NCBI RefSeq assembly: GCF_009914755.1 | Contig: NC_060938.1 | DNA length: 64,000 nt | Strand: one strand, 5' to 3' | Source: the human T2T-CHM13v2.0 reference genome, Homo sapiens | Shown: piece by piece, positions 40,971 to 54,584 of the stretch | How the letters are laid out: the number at the start of each line of letters is the position of its first letter | Numbering within the stretch: the first letter of the stretch is position 1 | Position numbers and translations under genes: made by a program | The notes under the pieces: generated by a model | Told to the model about the DNA's origin: nothing | Database searches by the model: none | What the model saw: only the letters and a program-made list of their open reading frames with translations

Positions 40971-43900
40971 ATGTTTGGAAGGATAAGAACGAGTTGTTTG
41001 AATAGATGTTTACAATCTTTTCCACTGTTAATTGGAGTAAAACAAGGGTTAAGTTTGAGTGAAAGGATTTCCAAGCCTATGACAAATGATATGTTGTTAA
41101 AAGAACCTTTTATAAATCATTTAATTGTCAGAGTAAGTTAATCATAGCAAATATTAAGTATTAATTATCTTATCATCAAGTTAAATATTTAAACATGAAT
41201 GGTAAGCACCACATGGGTATGTCTTTCATAGATGTAGAAATTCAGAATAAGTCAGGAAATTTTGAATTATCAAAATAAAGCTTGAGGAATATTCTAGTAA
41301 GTATGAATAGACTAAGAAATATTGGACTGTTACAATATGTGATTGATTACATAGCATAATTGCTAAGTTGTGTGATCATAAGTCATATAACATCGAACTA
41401 TTATAATTATATAAGAATTTCCCTTAACAAGTAACTTTTCCAACTCAAATCTACCTGACAGCTAAATGCTAAATACACTGAAATCAGCAGAGGTTGAACA
41501 AGAACAAATGAATATAAACTTTCTAAAAATCAGAAAGACTTCAAGAAAATCTTCCAGCTTAGAATAAATATGTGTTTAATTTACTTCCAGATTCCCTTCT
41601 ACCTAACTGGTTTTAATCACCATAACGAAAATTAATAAATGATTCGTCAGTGCTTTAGGAGACAGGGAAGTCTCCATCTGGTATATTTGGAGTTTGTGAA
41701 ACATTTTCCAGTACTACCCAGTGACAGAAAACATTGGTAAGGTAAACTCTGACAGCTGAAATGCAGCAGTTGATTGCCAATGGAAGCTACAGAAAAGGAT
41801 GATTAATATAAACAGGCTTTTGCCCCTGCTGCACAGCAACATTACATAAAGCAGTGCTGTTTCAGGAGACTTTTGTATTTTAATTTCCAAGAGTCCATAG
41901 GGTAATAAATTTTTTTCCTTCATCTTGTTTGATCTTTGATATTTAAGACCAACTTCTGTGTTTTGTTTATTTTTTCTTTGCACTGGAAAAAGAACATAAA
42001 GCGAGTGACAACACATAATCAGGGCTAATTGGTATTTTTCAGAGAAAAAAAGGAAACACCTTTTATGATAAGCCAAGTGCAAACATTTGCAAATAGGGTA
42101 TCTTGCACCAAATAGTCATGTCAGTAAAAAAAAGTAGTTATGTTGCAGGCATGGAAGTATTTGTTAGTTTCAGATTTAATCATAGCTAGTGGTTTTAATT
42201 TATATTTCCCTAAAATTTGGCTATTACACAAAGCAAGTACTTTAAAGGACTAAATGATTGTCTTTTCCCTGAAGGAAAGAAACTGAAAGTTGATTTCAAA
42301 CTGCAAAGAATAGTAGAGACAAGGCATTTTAAATAAAAATAAATAAAGGAGGTAGGTAAACCATTGATGGCCAGCTTGTTTAATATAAGAAGATTTAGTT
42401 TCCTTAAAAAAAAAACTTACTATTTTTTTTTACCCTAAAAATGATCACAATGATGCAAGCTAACTATTCCTCCTTAAAATACTATCAAATATGTAGGGGT
42501 CTTCTTATTGCACATTTGGTAAGGTCTGTGTTGTCAAAACAGGTGATGACAGCGGTACTATTTTGTGTTATTTTAGCCATCACTAGCCTTCCTAGTATTT
42601 TTCACCACTCCCACTTGCTGGCAGTATATCATGGCACAGTTTCAACAGAATTCTACTATGAGCTGTGAGCTAACTGGGAAATGTCAACATGTAAAGCCAT
42701 GTCTAGAATTAACCTGTCTTTAACAAGGGCAAACTCCCACACTCTCTCTTCTCTTTCAAAACTTAATTATAGCAGAAGCACAGCAAAAGGGGTGGAGACA
42801 ATTGGATGCAGGGATGCTAGAAACAATTCTATAGCCAAAAGATAAGATAATCACACAAAATCTATCATGAACATTTCGCCATGGAACCAGAAAATAATAC
42901 TGTCCATCTTGTTAGAGCACAAACTCCTCTAAGTAAGAACCATATGGTCATCTGCATAAGGCTCTCTATCCCTCCGAAGTGAAAGGATCATGCCCTTTAG
43001 CTTGCTGTGATACATGTGCCTTCCCCCAGTGGAACATCTGACTTTAATTGAACAGTTATTGAGGTTCCTGCTGTGACATCCTAGAGGTATCATCACACTT
43101 TCAGGCAATAGATTTGCTGTGATCCACCCCATCTCCCCTTTAGTAACGAGAGGTCAACATTCTGTCTCAAGCCAAATTACACGCTATATGATGGCTTTTC
43201 TTAGCACTGCTCTCTGCCTGGTAACGTTGAAAAATGACCAGTAACGATATGACAAATCAGAAAAGACCCTGAAGGACATGGCCCTCATGTAACCTAATCA
43301 GCATCTCTAAATAAGTTGTCAGAGTCAAAATGACCACAAGTCACACACTGGAAGGACATGGCTGCTGCATACCTGGAATCTTTCTCATATCAGAGTGGAT
43401 CCACAAGGATTTCTGTGAAACAACCATGGAAGTACAAAAGAGATGTTCAAAACTTTTGCAAGACTTGAGAAAACAAAGAAGTAAAATGTGGTTTTCAGAT
43501 TAAAAATAACAACAGCAACAACTGATTAAAGCATTTCCTAGATTCTCAGCAACTTAAGAAAATTTCATGGAGAAAAGAACAGAGATCTAAAGATTTGGAC
43601 TGTCGTCAATATGAGTGACCTCTGACAGTGCTAATAGCATCCCAGGGATAATAAAATGACATAGAAAGGAGCTCAGATGTTGTCTCTTGAGGAGGTCACT
43701 TCTCATTTGGGCTGTTTATCCTTTGTCTTCTCAAAACTAATTTATTTTAGACCTGACTATCAGGGAGAATAAATATATTCTATTCCTCATTTTTTCTCAT
43801 GCATATATAGTTCAAAGCTATCCATACTGTTTTAGCACAAAACAAACAAATGCAATGTATTTCCAACATAGTTTTGACTGAGGCTTCATTTAAATCCACT

Positions 43901-44099
43901 ATTTAACAACTGTAGATAATGCAAATATGCCGATGGAGTCTACTGAAACACATGAAAAGATGCTATCTAATTATGTGTCATAACAGCATAAATTGTTGCT
44001 TTTGTTTAAATGACATAAATTTAAAAGTTCAATTGATTTTGAAAGAATGGGTACAGACCCTGACAGAAATATAGCAACCATTAAGGTAATTACTGTATA

Positions 44100-45000
44100 A
44101 CTACTGTGTCCACACTGTTGACTTCCAAATCTATATATCTAGGCCTGATCTCTCTACGGCCTAGACCCAGCTTTTACATTTCCCCCTGGACAGCTCCACC
44201 TGGACGTTATATGGGCACCTGGATCTCCATCTGACCAGAATAGAGTCTCTCCTCTCTCTTCCTACCCCACCCTAAATCTGCTCCTCTGTGTGCTCAGCCT
44301 GTACATTCCATATGCAATCATTCAAATCAGAAGCCTGCACTTCATCCTAGATGTCCTTGCTCTTTCATTCAAGCAGCCTTTAGAGCCTAGGATTTCTAAC
44401 TCTTGGGTTTCTCTCAAACTCTTTCCTTCTCTCCATTTCTACTGTTATTGTCAAATGTCATGCTTTCATTGTTTCTTGCCTGGATTTTAGAAATATTCTC
44501 TACTATGGCTCTTTCTGCTTCCAGTTTCTTTTTATTTTTCATACATACCTGATATTACTGTTCCATTACATATCGTCCTTCAGTGGTTGCCAAACACTTA
44601 CCCATAGAAGAAAGAGTTATCAAACCCCATTCCCCTCATCCAGGCCTTCACCCCTACCCTGGCCTCTTTCTCCTAAGTGAGCCTCATGACTTCCAGCCTA
44701 GAAAAGTAATTGTAGGCTCTATCTGACCCTGGCCCTCTGGACAACAGGGTTGAAATGGCCATGTTTCTTATCTGCCTCCTGAATGCCATCTGGGTGCTTC
44801 CAATCATAATTAAGCACCTTTCCCACATAGTTGTTTATATCTTTTTCTTATAATAATTTTGTATATATCTGTGCCCTTTCCCACCAAATTTGGAGCTCCT
44901 CAAAAACAGAATACATGTGCTGTTCATATTTTTTTCTTCAGCAACTACCACATGCATGGTGCATAGGAGGCAATTTGATAATGCTGAAAGATAAGTAAAC
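44100..45000 (+). mobile_element. L2
   Basis: gacttccaaatctatatatctaggcctgatctctct...gagctcctc...gcataggagg. Confidence 0.8.
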
Positions 45001-46475
45001 AGAACAATTGAGCCACGAAAGATGCTTCAGTTCTTGGATTCAAAGCTACAACAATAGGACAAAAAATATAAAGTCAATTGCTGGCATCTATGGTTTGAAT
45101 AGTTCCTAAGCAAACATTAATAAAATATTATTTATAAAAAAGAAAATGAAATGATAATGCAAATCATACAAAAAACCAGGAGGCACCTAACATTTACATT
45201 TTATCATCAGTAGAAAAGATTAAAAATACTTACAGAGAAAGCTGAAGATTCAGAAAATGCAGATTTTTATTTTCAATCAATTACAACTGAAGAGGATGTT
45301 AAATGTTCTCATCTGAAAAAATGAAACTGGCATCATAGTCCTATTACTTTTTGTCATGTCATGATTGTAAGAGTTTTCAGGGTCTAGGTATGTGATTTAG
45401 CATCACTCTTTGTATACGCATATCTACAGCCTTCAAGGCACTAGGCCTCAGGAAAGAGATAAAGACACTTTATGTGACTCTGCGATGCAGATGAATGCTC
45501 TCTAAAAAGGAATATAAAATGGAAACCTCCTTAAGTTCCTACCCTCAGGCAGGCTTTCTTATACCACAAGATTTACTGTAGAGATTGAGCTGAAAAAGTT
45601 TCAAAAAACCTGAAACATCAGTATAGCAGATGGTAGACATACTTTGAGTTCCAGATGTCCACAAACAGCCCTGCTATAGCATCAGACTCATGGGTCACCC
45701 ATCCCAGAATCACATGTTCTTACAGTGATCAAGGGCTGGTGTATGGAATGCCATGATTTTCCCTTGTAATGCTAAACTTAAAATGATAAGCACGTATTTC
45801 TCAAACATCCCAGTTTCCTAAATAACTTATTGAAAAGCTATTATTCTTAAGCTAATTTAAATCCTTCCTGAAAACCAAAATTTACTACAGACTCCCTACC
45901 TGAATCTAGGGAATTGGCTGGACTTGAATCAGAATTGTTTTCAGAATTGCAGGATGAGAAAGCCCAACACAGAGGAATTTAAAGGGATTTCACCAAAGGC
46001 AAGGAAATACTATCCACAATAATTGTGTGAATCTAGAGCCATTTTAAGAAATCACCTTCAATTTAATACAAACAAATTTCATACTTTCTCATTGTAAATG
46101 ATCAGAAACCAACCCAACTATAAAAATAGAAAAAAATGCAGGAGCTATAACTTTGTCACACATCTTTATTACCTTTAAAAATAACTAATGAAAAACATTC
46201 ACAAAAAAGACCAAATGGGGAGAAAAAGAGAGAAGCTGTAAAAGGAAAAGCCCGAAAGATCCTTTTAAGTGTAAGACACATAAATTTTTCTTTCTCTCTC
46301 TCTTATTTAACAACCCTCCTCTGTGAAAAAAGGTTTTATGTGATCAGTCAGAACTTCTAGATAGTCACTAAAACAGAGGGAATTAGACAGTAAATAGAGA
46401 TAGAGTCCAGCCACAGAGATCAAAACTGAGATTTCATGTTCTTCCCACTGGTCCTAGGAACATTCATATAAAATA

Positions 46476-46510
46476 AATGAATGGATGAATGAATGAATGA
46501 ATGAATGAAT
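46476..46510. repeat. (GAAT)n, probably an L2 tail
   Basis: Directly visible. Confidence 0.85.
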
Positions 46511-47006
46511 GGTGTATACTTATAACCTCAAATACTACACTCCTCTCTAAATCCTTTGAAACCCAAACTTCTTTACCATATCTATTACAGCATTAGATAC
46601 CTTATTCTAAATTGCTGCACAATAAAATTTAAACAGCTATTTCCATATTAGAAATTATGAAATCGTATATTAGGTTATGTCTTTATTAGATTTCTTTGCC
46701 ATATTTGAACATGATATGTTGATGGAGTCATCTTTTTGGGTAAAAATTCCTGAGCTATCTTTAGGAGCAATGAGTGAATTCTAAGCCATTTTAACCTTTG
46801 TGTGAACACCTGCTAAATAAGAAGTACAGCAAATTGACATTTGGATAAAATATTGCTCCAGGGTCAGAATTCCATAATGGCACTTCCTACATTTAAAGCA
46901 ATTTCTCTATCTCCTGAAATGTTTAATTTTCTTCTTGATATTCTATAGTACATAAACATAGATATAGATATACATACATCAATCTAAAGACTTGAAAAAT
47001 TCAAGA

Positions 47007-47018
47007 TTATCTATCTAC

Positions 47019-47068
<50 letters not shown>

Positions 47069-47080
47069 CTATTTATCTAC
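47007..47080. repeat. (TCTA)n tetranucleotide STR
   Basis: About 15 units with interruptions. Confidence 0.95.
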
Positions 47081-48704
47081 CCAAAGACCTGAAATAGCCA
47101 CAGGCTGAAGTTTTGGGTAATTACTCAAGAGGCTGAAGAACAGACAGTAGGAATTTTGATTGAATCAAAGTTATACACTCACTTGATTTGCAATCAAAAT
47201 GTTTCCTTACTAAAGACCACAGACCACATTATTATATCACTTACTTAAAGACAAAAAGACAAATAATGGTGATGAATGAAAGTAAAGATCTTGCCAATAA
47301 ATTTCATTCTCTGTAAGTGAAATTACACTATCATGAAAGCTCTCGTTTTGTATATAGATGTGTCCTGAAGATATTTTGTCAATTCTCCAAACTTTTCCTT
47401 TGATTGCTAATTTTAACTCTGGAAATCAGTCAAATAAACACAAATACAAAATGTAGCTGAAGAAGCAAGTTTTGAAGTTTTTCTGTATCAAGGAAGTAGT
47501 CCAGTAACATTTCTTCCAGATGCTGTGTTAATTAAGATTCTTTTTTCTATTTTTCACTTACGGCAGTACAAAATGTTCTCTTAATCTCTATCCTATTAAA
47601 GACACATATATATGGAAAAACTAAGGATTCAGGTAAAATAATTCTTGGCTTAGTTTACACTTTATATTACAATTATAGTTTTATTTCTGTCAGGCTCCTT
47701 TTGAAAACTGATATTCACACAGGAGACAAGAATGTGGTTATATTTTTAAGCATATAGATTCAAGTTGGTTTAACTATGTTTACTTTTACATCATTTTTAA
47801 ATCATGGCAAGTTAAATATTCTTAGTAATCAGGAGAGTCACTCTTATAGAACCTCTAAACAAACTCATGTAAATATTATTTGGGGGATTCCACATATTGA
47901 GAAGGTGCTGTGTATCTTAAAAATATTGGGCCATTGCTAAGCAGAGACTTCCCACCACATCTCCTTTAAACATCCCTAGAAGTGTCCCAAGAGAGGCAAG
48001 ACAAAAGTATTTTGTATAGTGATGCTACTCTGAATGAACATTTTTATTATTTTTACCTCCATTCTTGCAATTTGGGTTTCAAAGATAACTACAGTAGACA
48101 AAAGCCAGAAAACTTTTGTACCTTAACTGCCTGCAAAACAAACTAAAAAACTCTTTAAAGGAAGACAGTGAAATCCAGACACTCAACAAATAACATTCAC
48201 AATGCCCAGAAAAAGAGGAGCACTAGCAATTTCACATATCTTACGGGCAAAGTTATAGCACTAATGCTATAACTAGTTGTATAAAAAGGCACTAAATCCA
48301 AAAGAAATTCTAAAGTTAACTACAGTTAATTCACTCATCATTTATTTCTTCAACAAAGATTGTTTATATATTAACCATATGCTAGGAAAACAAATTACAC
48401 TGATAACTATTGATTCATGATTTACAATCAATCATATGGGAGGGTGGATCTCTTTGCTTTTAACCATCCCATAAAACAACTTATGGATTTTTAGGCCTGG
48501 TTCTTAAAAACTGAATCCTCCTTTAATGTTGTTTAGTGGTTTCTTCTCCTAACATAAAAGCTAGAAATTGTGGCCCAATGAACTTTGCCCTACACTGACA
48601 GTGAATTGACCTTGTTTCTATATGAACTTCAGCAAGTCATATTCTGTACCATACTCAAAGGAGATAATATTAGTACCTATGATTTTACACTGAAGAGTAG
48701 TACC

Positions 48705-48810
48705 ATAGTTCATTTGTTCATACAGAGTGCATATATTGAGCACTTTGTACATAAAAGGCACATCCTGGGCCCTGGAGATGCAAAATAATAGAGTCCTTTA
48801 TCCTCAATGA
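48705..48810 (-). mobile_element. L2 3' fragment
   Basis: catttgttcatac...atattgagcac...ctggagatgcaaaa. Confidence 0.65.
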
Positions 48811-48819
48811 ATAAGAACG

Positions 48820-49250
48820 TTCATAACTGTACCATCTGTAATATCCTCAAACGAGGACATTAGAAATGGAATGAATAAATTAATTTACATTGTAATACAG
48901 TGAAAATAAACTACAGCTATATGAAACAAAATGGATGAATCTCATAAATATAATACTGAATTTAAAATGACAGACCGAAAAGAGTCCATACAGTATGATT
49001 CCATTTCAATAAAATTCAAAAGACAGCAAAACTAATCAAGGGTGGCAGATTTTGGAATAGTGGTTATCCTTGCTGAGGAGAAAGTTATAACTTGAAAGGG
49101 ACAAGAGCAGGCTTCCAAGGTGCTGATTATGTTCTGGGATGTTAGTTTACACAAGTATGCTCATTTTGTGAAAACTTTCTCAGGCTGAATATTTATGACT
49201 TGTTCACCATTCTGAATGTGTGCCATACTTTGATCAAAAGTTGCTTTAAA
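48820..49250 (+). mobile_element. L1ME-type 3' end
   Basis: atggatgaatctcataaatataat...cagtatgattccattt...gcaaaactaatc. Confidence 0.8.
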
Positions 49251-49262
49251 AATTACAGCATA

Positions 49263-49553
49263 GGCCAGGCATGGTGGCTTACACCTGTAAACCCAGCACT
49301 TTGGGAGGCCAAGATGAGTGAAACACCTGAGGTCAGGAGTTCGAGACCAGCCTGGCCAACATGGTGAAACCCCATCTCTACTAAAAATACAAAAATTAGC
49401 CAGGCATGGTGGCACATGCCTGTAATCGCAGCTACTTGGGAGGCAGGAGAATCGCTTGAACTCAGGAAGTAGAGGTTGCACTGAGCCAAGATTGCATCAC
49501 TGCACTCCAGCCTGGGCAACAGAGCGAGATTCTGCCTAAAAAAAAAAAAAAAA
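49263..49553 (+). mobile_element. AluSx
   Basis: Full Alu; degenerate TSD aaaatt(ac/gt)ag(c/t)atag. Confidence 0.95.
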
Positions 49554-51078
49554 TTGTAGTATAGAAACTAAGAATTCTGGCCATGATTTGGAATCCCACT
49601 ATAAACAAACAACTGAATTTGCCCTCCTTCCACCATAAACAACTAGAAAACTGGACAAAATATGGAGCAACTATTTTCAGAAAATGGATAAGCGGCAGTT
49701 CAGAGCTGTTTTCCCTAAGTTATCTCTATGATCGTTCCTGCATTCCAATTAGAAATTGGAAGCAATTTCTAAACTGAAAAACAGGAAGGGACAACCCAAC
49801 CAAAGTACTGTGGTCTCACTGAATTGAGACAAAGATTAGAGCTCAGGAAGGCCAAGGCAGCTCCAATTTGCAGGACAGAATAATAGAGAGGAGAAATCAG
49901 CTATGCAGAGGGGCTTCAGAAATCCTCATAAAGGCCCTCTTTTTTTTTTTTGTTAAATTGTTGGCTGCACACTTGTGGAATAAAATTCTACAAGGTCAGG
50001 AAAAGAACTATGAGGGAGTTGGAGCTAAAATATCCTCAGAGCTCACTCAATGCTGGGAGATGTTCATGTGCTGTAAATAGCCAGGGTAGGGAGACCTCAT
50101 GGAAAACATGGAACATTCAGTATAGACTCCAGAGGGGTCACATTTGTCACAGGTTCAAACTAATACCAGAATAAGGGCTGCTTTAGACACATCCTTAAAA
50201 ACTTAAGAACCAGCTTTGAAAGAATCCAAGATGACCCACAACTACCTTAACTGCCTGCAAAACAAACTAAAAACTCTTTAAAAGAGGACAGTGAAATCCA
50301 GACCCTCAACAAGTAAAATTTACAATGCCCAGAATTCAACTGAAAATTATACAGACACTGGAAAGCACGACGCAGACCCAGGAGAAAAATCAGTCCCACA
50401 AAAACAGACCCAGAAATGACAGAGGTGGGGAAATTAGTAGACAAGGCTTTTAGAGCAGCTATAATAAACATAGTCAAAGATTTAAGGGGAAACTATAAAT
50501 CATGTATTTAAAAAGCTGAAAAAAAATTCCAAGGAGAAAAAAGAAAAAGACCAATACAAGAAAAATTATACTCAAATTGCTGTAAAGCAATGATAAAGAG
50601 AAAATCTTAATGTAGCTATCCACGCATTATGAACAGAACAAAGATAACAGTGACAGCACAATTCTTATCAGAAATTTTAAGCCAAAAGCAATAGACAAAC
50701 ATGTTCAAATACTGATAAAAAAATATGCCACAGAAAAATATATTTTAAAAACAAGAGTAAAATAAAGACTTTTTCAGACAAAATCTGAGAGCATTCATTG
50801 CCGGCACCTGTACACTATAAGAAATACTAAAAGAAGTCCTACAACCAGAAGAAAAATGATATCAGATAGAAATTTCTACACAAGGAATTGAAGAACAATA
50901 GAAATGATACATGTGAGAGTAAATGTAAAATCATTTTTATTACTTTTAAATTCATTTAAACAACAATAGACTTTTTAAAGCAAAGATAATAACAACATGT
51001 TGTGGGGTTTATAATATATGTAGAAGCAAGGTGCCTGACAGCAGTAGCACAAAGGATGGGATGTGAAAAATGGAAATA

Positions 51079-52370
51079 CAGTCAGCCTTCCATATCCATG
51101 GGTTCGCATCCTCAGATTCAACCAACTGCAGAGCAAAAATATTTTTTAAAAATAGCAATACAAAAATTTTCTTCCATTCTGTGACAAAGGGCTAATATCC
51201 AGAATCTACAAAGAACTCAAACAAATTTACAAGAAAAAAACAACCCCGTCAAAAAGTGGGCCAAGGATATGAACAGACACTTCTTAAAAGAAGACATTTA
51301 TGCAGCCAACAGACACATGAAAAAATGCTCATCATCACTGGCCATCAGAGAAATGCAAATCAAAACCACAATGAGATACCATCTCACACCAGTTAGAATG
51401 GTGATCATTAAAAAGTCAGGAAACTACAGGTGCTGGAGAGGATGTGGAGAAATAGGAACACTTTTACACTGTTGGTGGGATTGTAAACTAGTTCAACCAT
51501 TATGGAAGTCAGTGTGGCGATTCCTCAGGGATCTAGAACTAGAAATACCATTTGACCCAGCCATCCCATTACTGGGTATATACCCAAAGGAATATAAATC
51601 ATGCTGCTATAAAGACACATGCACATGTATGTTTATTGCAGCACTATTCACAATAGCAAAGACTTGGAACCAACCCAAATGCCCATCAATGATAGACTGG
51701 ATTAAGAAAATGTGGCACATATACACCATGGAATACTATGCAGCCATAAAAAATGATGAGTTCATGTCCTTTGTAGGGACATGGATGAAGCTGGAAACCA
51801 TCATTCTCAGCAAACTATCTCAAGGACAAAAAACCAAACACTGCATGTTCTCACTCATAGGTGGGAATTGAACAATAAGAACATTTGGACACAGGGTGGG
51901 GAACATCACACACTGGGGCCTGTTGTGGGGTGGGGAGAGGGGGGAGGGATAGCATTAGGAGATATACCTAATGGAAATGATGAGTTAATGGGTGCAGCAC
52001 ACCAACATGGCACATGTATACATATGTAACAAACCTGCACCTTGTGCACATGTACCCTAGAACTTAAAGTATAATAATTAAAAAAAGCAATACAACAATA
52101 AAAAGATACAAGTTAAAACTAATACAGTATAACAACTACTTACATAGTATTTACACTAACTATTTTCAGAGTATTTACACTATTTATATAGCATTTATAC
52201 TGTTTTAGGTAGTATAAGTAATCTAGGGATGGTTTGAGTATAGCAGAGGAAGTGTATAGGTTATATGCAAATACTATGCTATTTTATATAAGGGACTTGA
52301 GCATCTGCAGACTTTAGTATCCATGTGGTGATCCTGGAACCAACTCCCCACAGTTACTGAGGGACAATTG
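51079..52370. mobile_element. MER2-family (TcMar-Tigger) element split by an L1PA
   Basis: ta|cagtcagccttccatatcc ... gagggacaattg|ta (TIRs with TA TSD). Confidence 0.88.
51161..52086 (+). mobile_element. 5'-truncated L1PA4/5 (~0.9 kb) with 5' micro-inversion
   Basis: ORF2 C-terminus (ORF 51269-51871), 3'UTR cctagaactt, TSD agcaatacaa. Confidence 0.95.
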
Positions 52371-52964
52371 TATTCTGCCGTGAGATTCTTACATAATATG
52401 GAATGTGGTACAATGTTAGCTGACGGTAGACTAACTTAAGGTTAAAAAAATATATATCATAAACCCCAAGCAAGTGCTTTAAAAATAAAGCAAGGAAATG
52501 GGGTAATAAAAGATATTAAAACGCAATAGTAAAAAATAATTCAAAAGAATGCAAGGATAGGGGGAATAGGTAATAAGTAAAGTTGGAAGAACCAGAAAAC
52601 AACCTACAAAATAGTAATCCTTAACCCAAACATATCAAATAATTACATTAAATGTAAAAGGTTTAAAGATTGCAATTACATGGCAGTGGTTGTCCAATTA
52701 AATTAAGATGTAAACCCCAATTATATGCTGTCTAGGAGAAACCCACTTTCAGTATAAAAACGCAGATAGGCTAAAAGAACAAAAAAGATATATTGTGTAA
52801 ACACTAATTATACAAAACCATAAATGGCCATGTTAATCAGACAATGTCAACTTCAGAATAAAGAACATTATCAGAAATTAGAAGAGACATTTTATGATAA
52901 AAGAGACAGTTCATCAAAAAGTACAAGAACCCCAAATGTGTATTCACCTAATAACAGAGCTTCT

Positions 52965-53345
<381 letters not shown>

Positions 53346-54283
53346 TCAGCTGAAGACAGAAAATCAGTAGGTCTACAGAAGACCTAACCATCATCAACTA
53401 ACTTGACCATATTGGCATGTATAAAACCTTCCACTCAATAGTTGCAGAATACACATTCTTTTCAAGTCTGTACATGAAACATTTACCAAAATAGAACATA
53501 GGCTGGATCATAAAATTAATCTTAAAAAAATTGATGGCATTGAAATTAGACAGAATATGATTTCTGACCGTAACAGAATTAAATCAAAAATCAATAGTAG
53601 ACAAAAATGATCTGGAAAATCCCTAATATTTGGAAATCACGGAACACAGTTTAAAATTAGTCATGTCCAAAGAATAAATCATAGTGGAAATCAGAAAATA
53701 TTTTTAGCTGGATGACAATGAAAACACAACATTATCAAAATTTGACCTTGGACTAGGCAACAATTCTTTAGACAGGTCACAAGAAACATTAAGAATAAAA
53801 GAAAAAAAATGATACATTTAAACAAAGACATTTGAGAGACAACAGAGGAAAAAGACCTTAGGAAGAAGAAGAAGAAAGATAAATCAGAGAGGTGGGTGGG
53901 ACACTAAAAAGGAACTTCTTAAGATGGAGTGACATCTTAAGATGCCAAATAGCAAAGCCAAGAGTGCAGGTAAAAGAAAGCAGAGAGGACAACACTGGTG
54001 ATGAAACTCACTAAAATTAGTATGTGAAAGAGTGTTTGGACGAGGACACTCAGTACATTTGGAAGAAATTACTTATAACTCTGAATTCCACAGTAGTTTG
54101 GGTATTTAACTATATTGACACTTGCAGATTAAATACTGTGAAACACATTCTTAAACTTCGTATGCTCCCCCTACTCTTGCCACCAAAACAATTCATTGTG
54201 AAAGCTATCTGCTGTGTTTCCAACTAAATCTAAAGAGGGCATTTCTATAGTAATTCTGTATCACTTAAAATTAATAGTAACCA

Positions 54284-54584
<301 letters not shown>

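Noticed and set aside
41714-42082. 122-aa ORF in unique DNA
   Set aside because: Non-ATG start and no homology I can recognise; motif content fits a regulatory element better.
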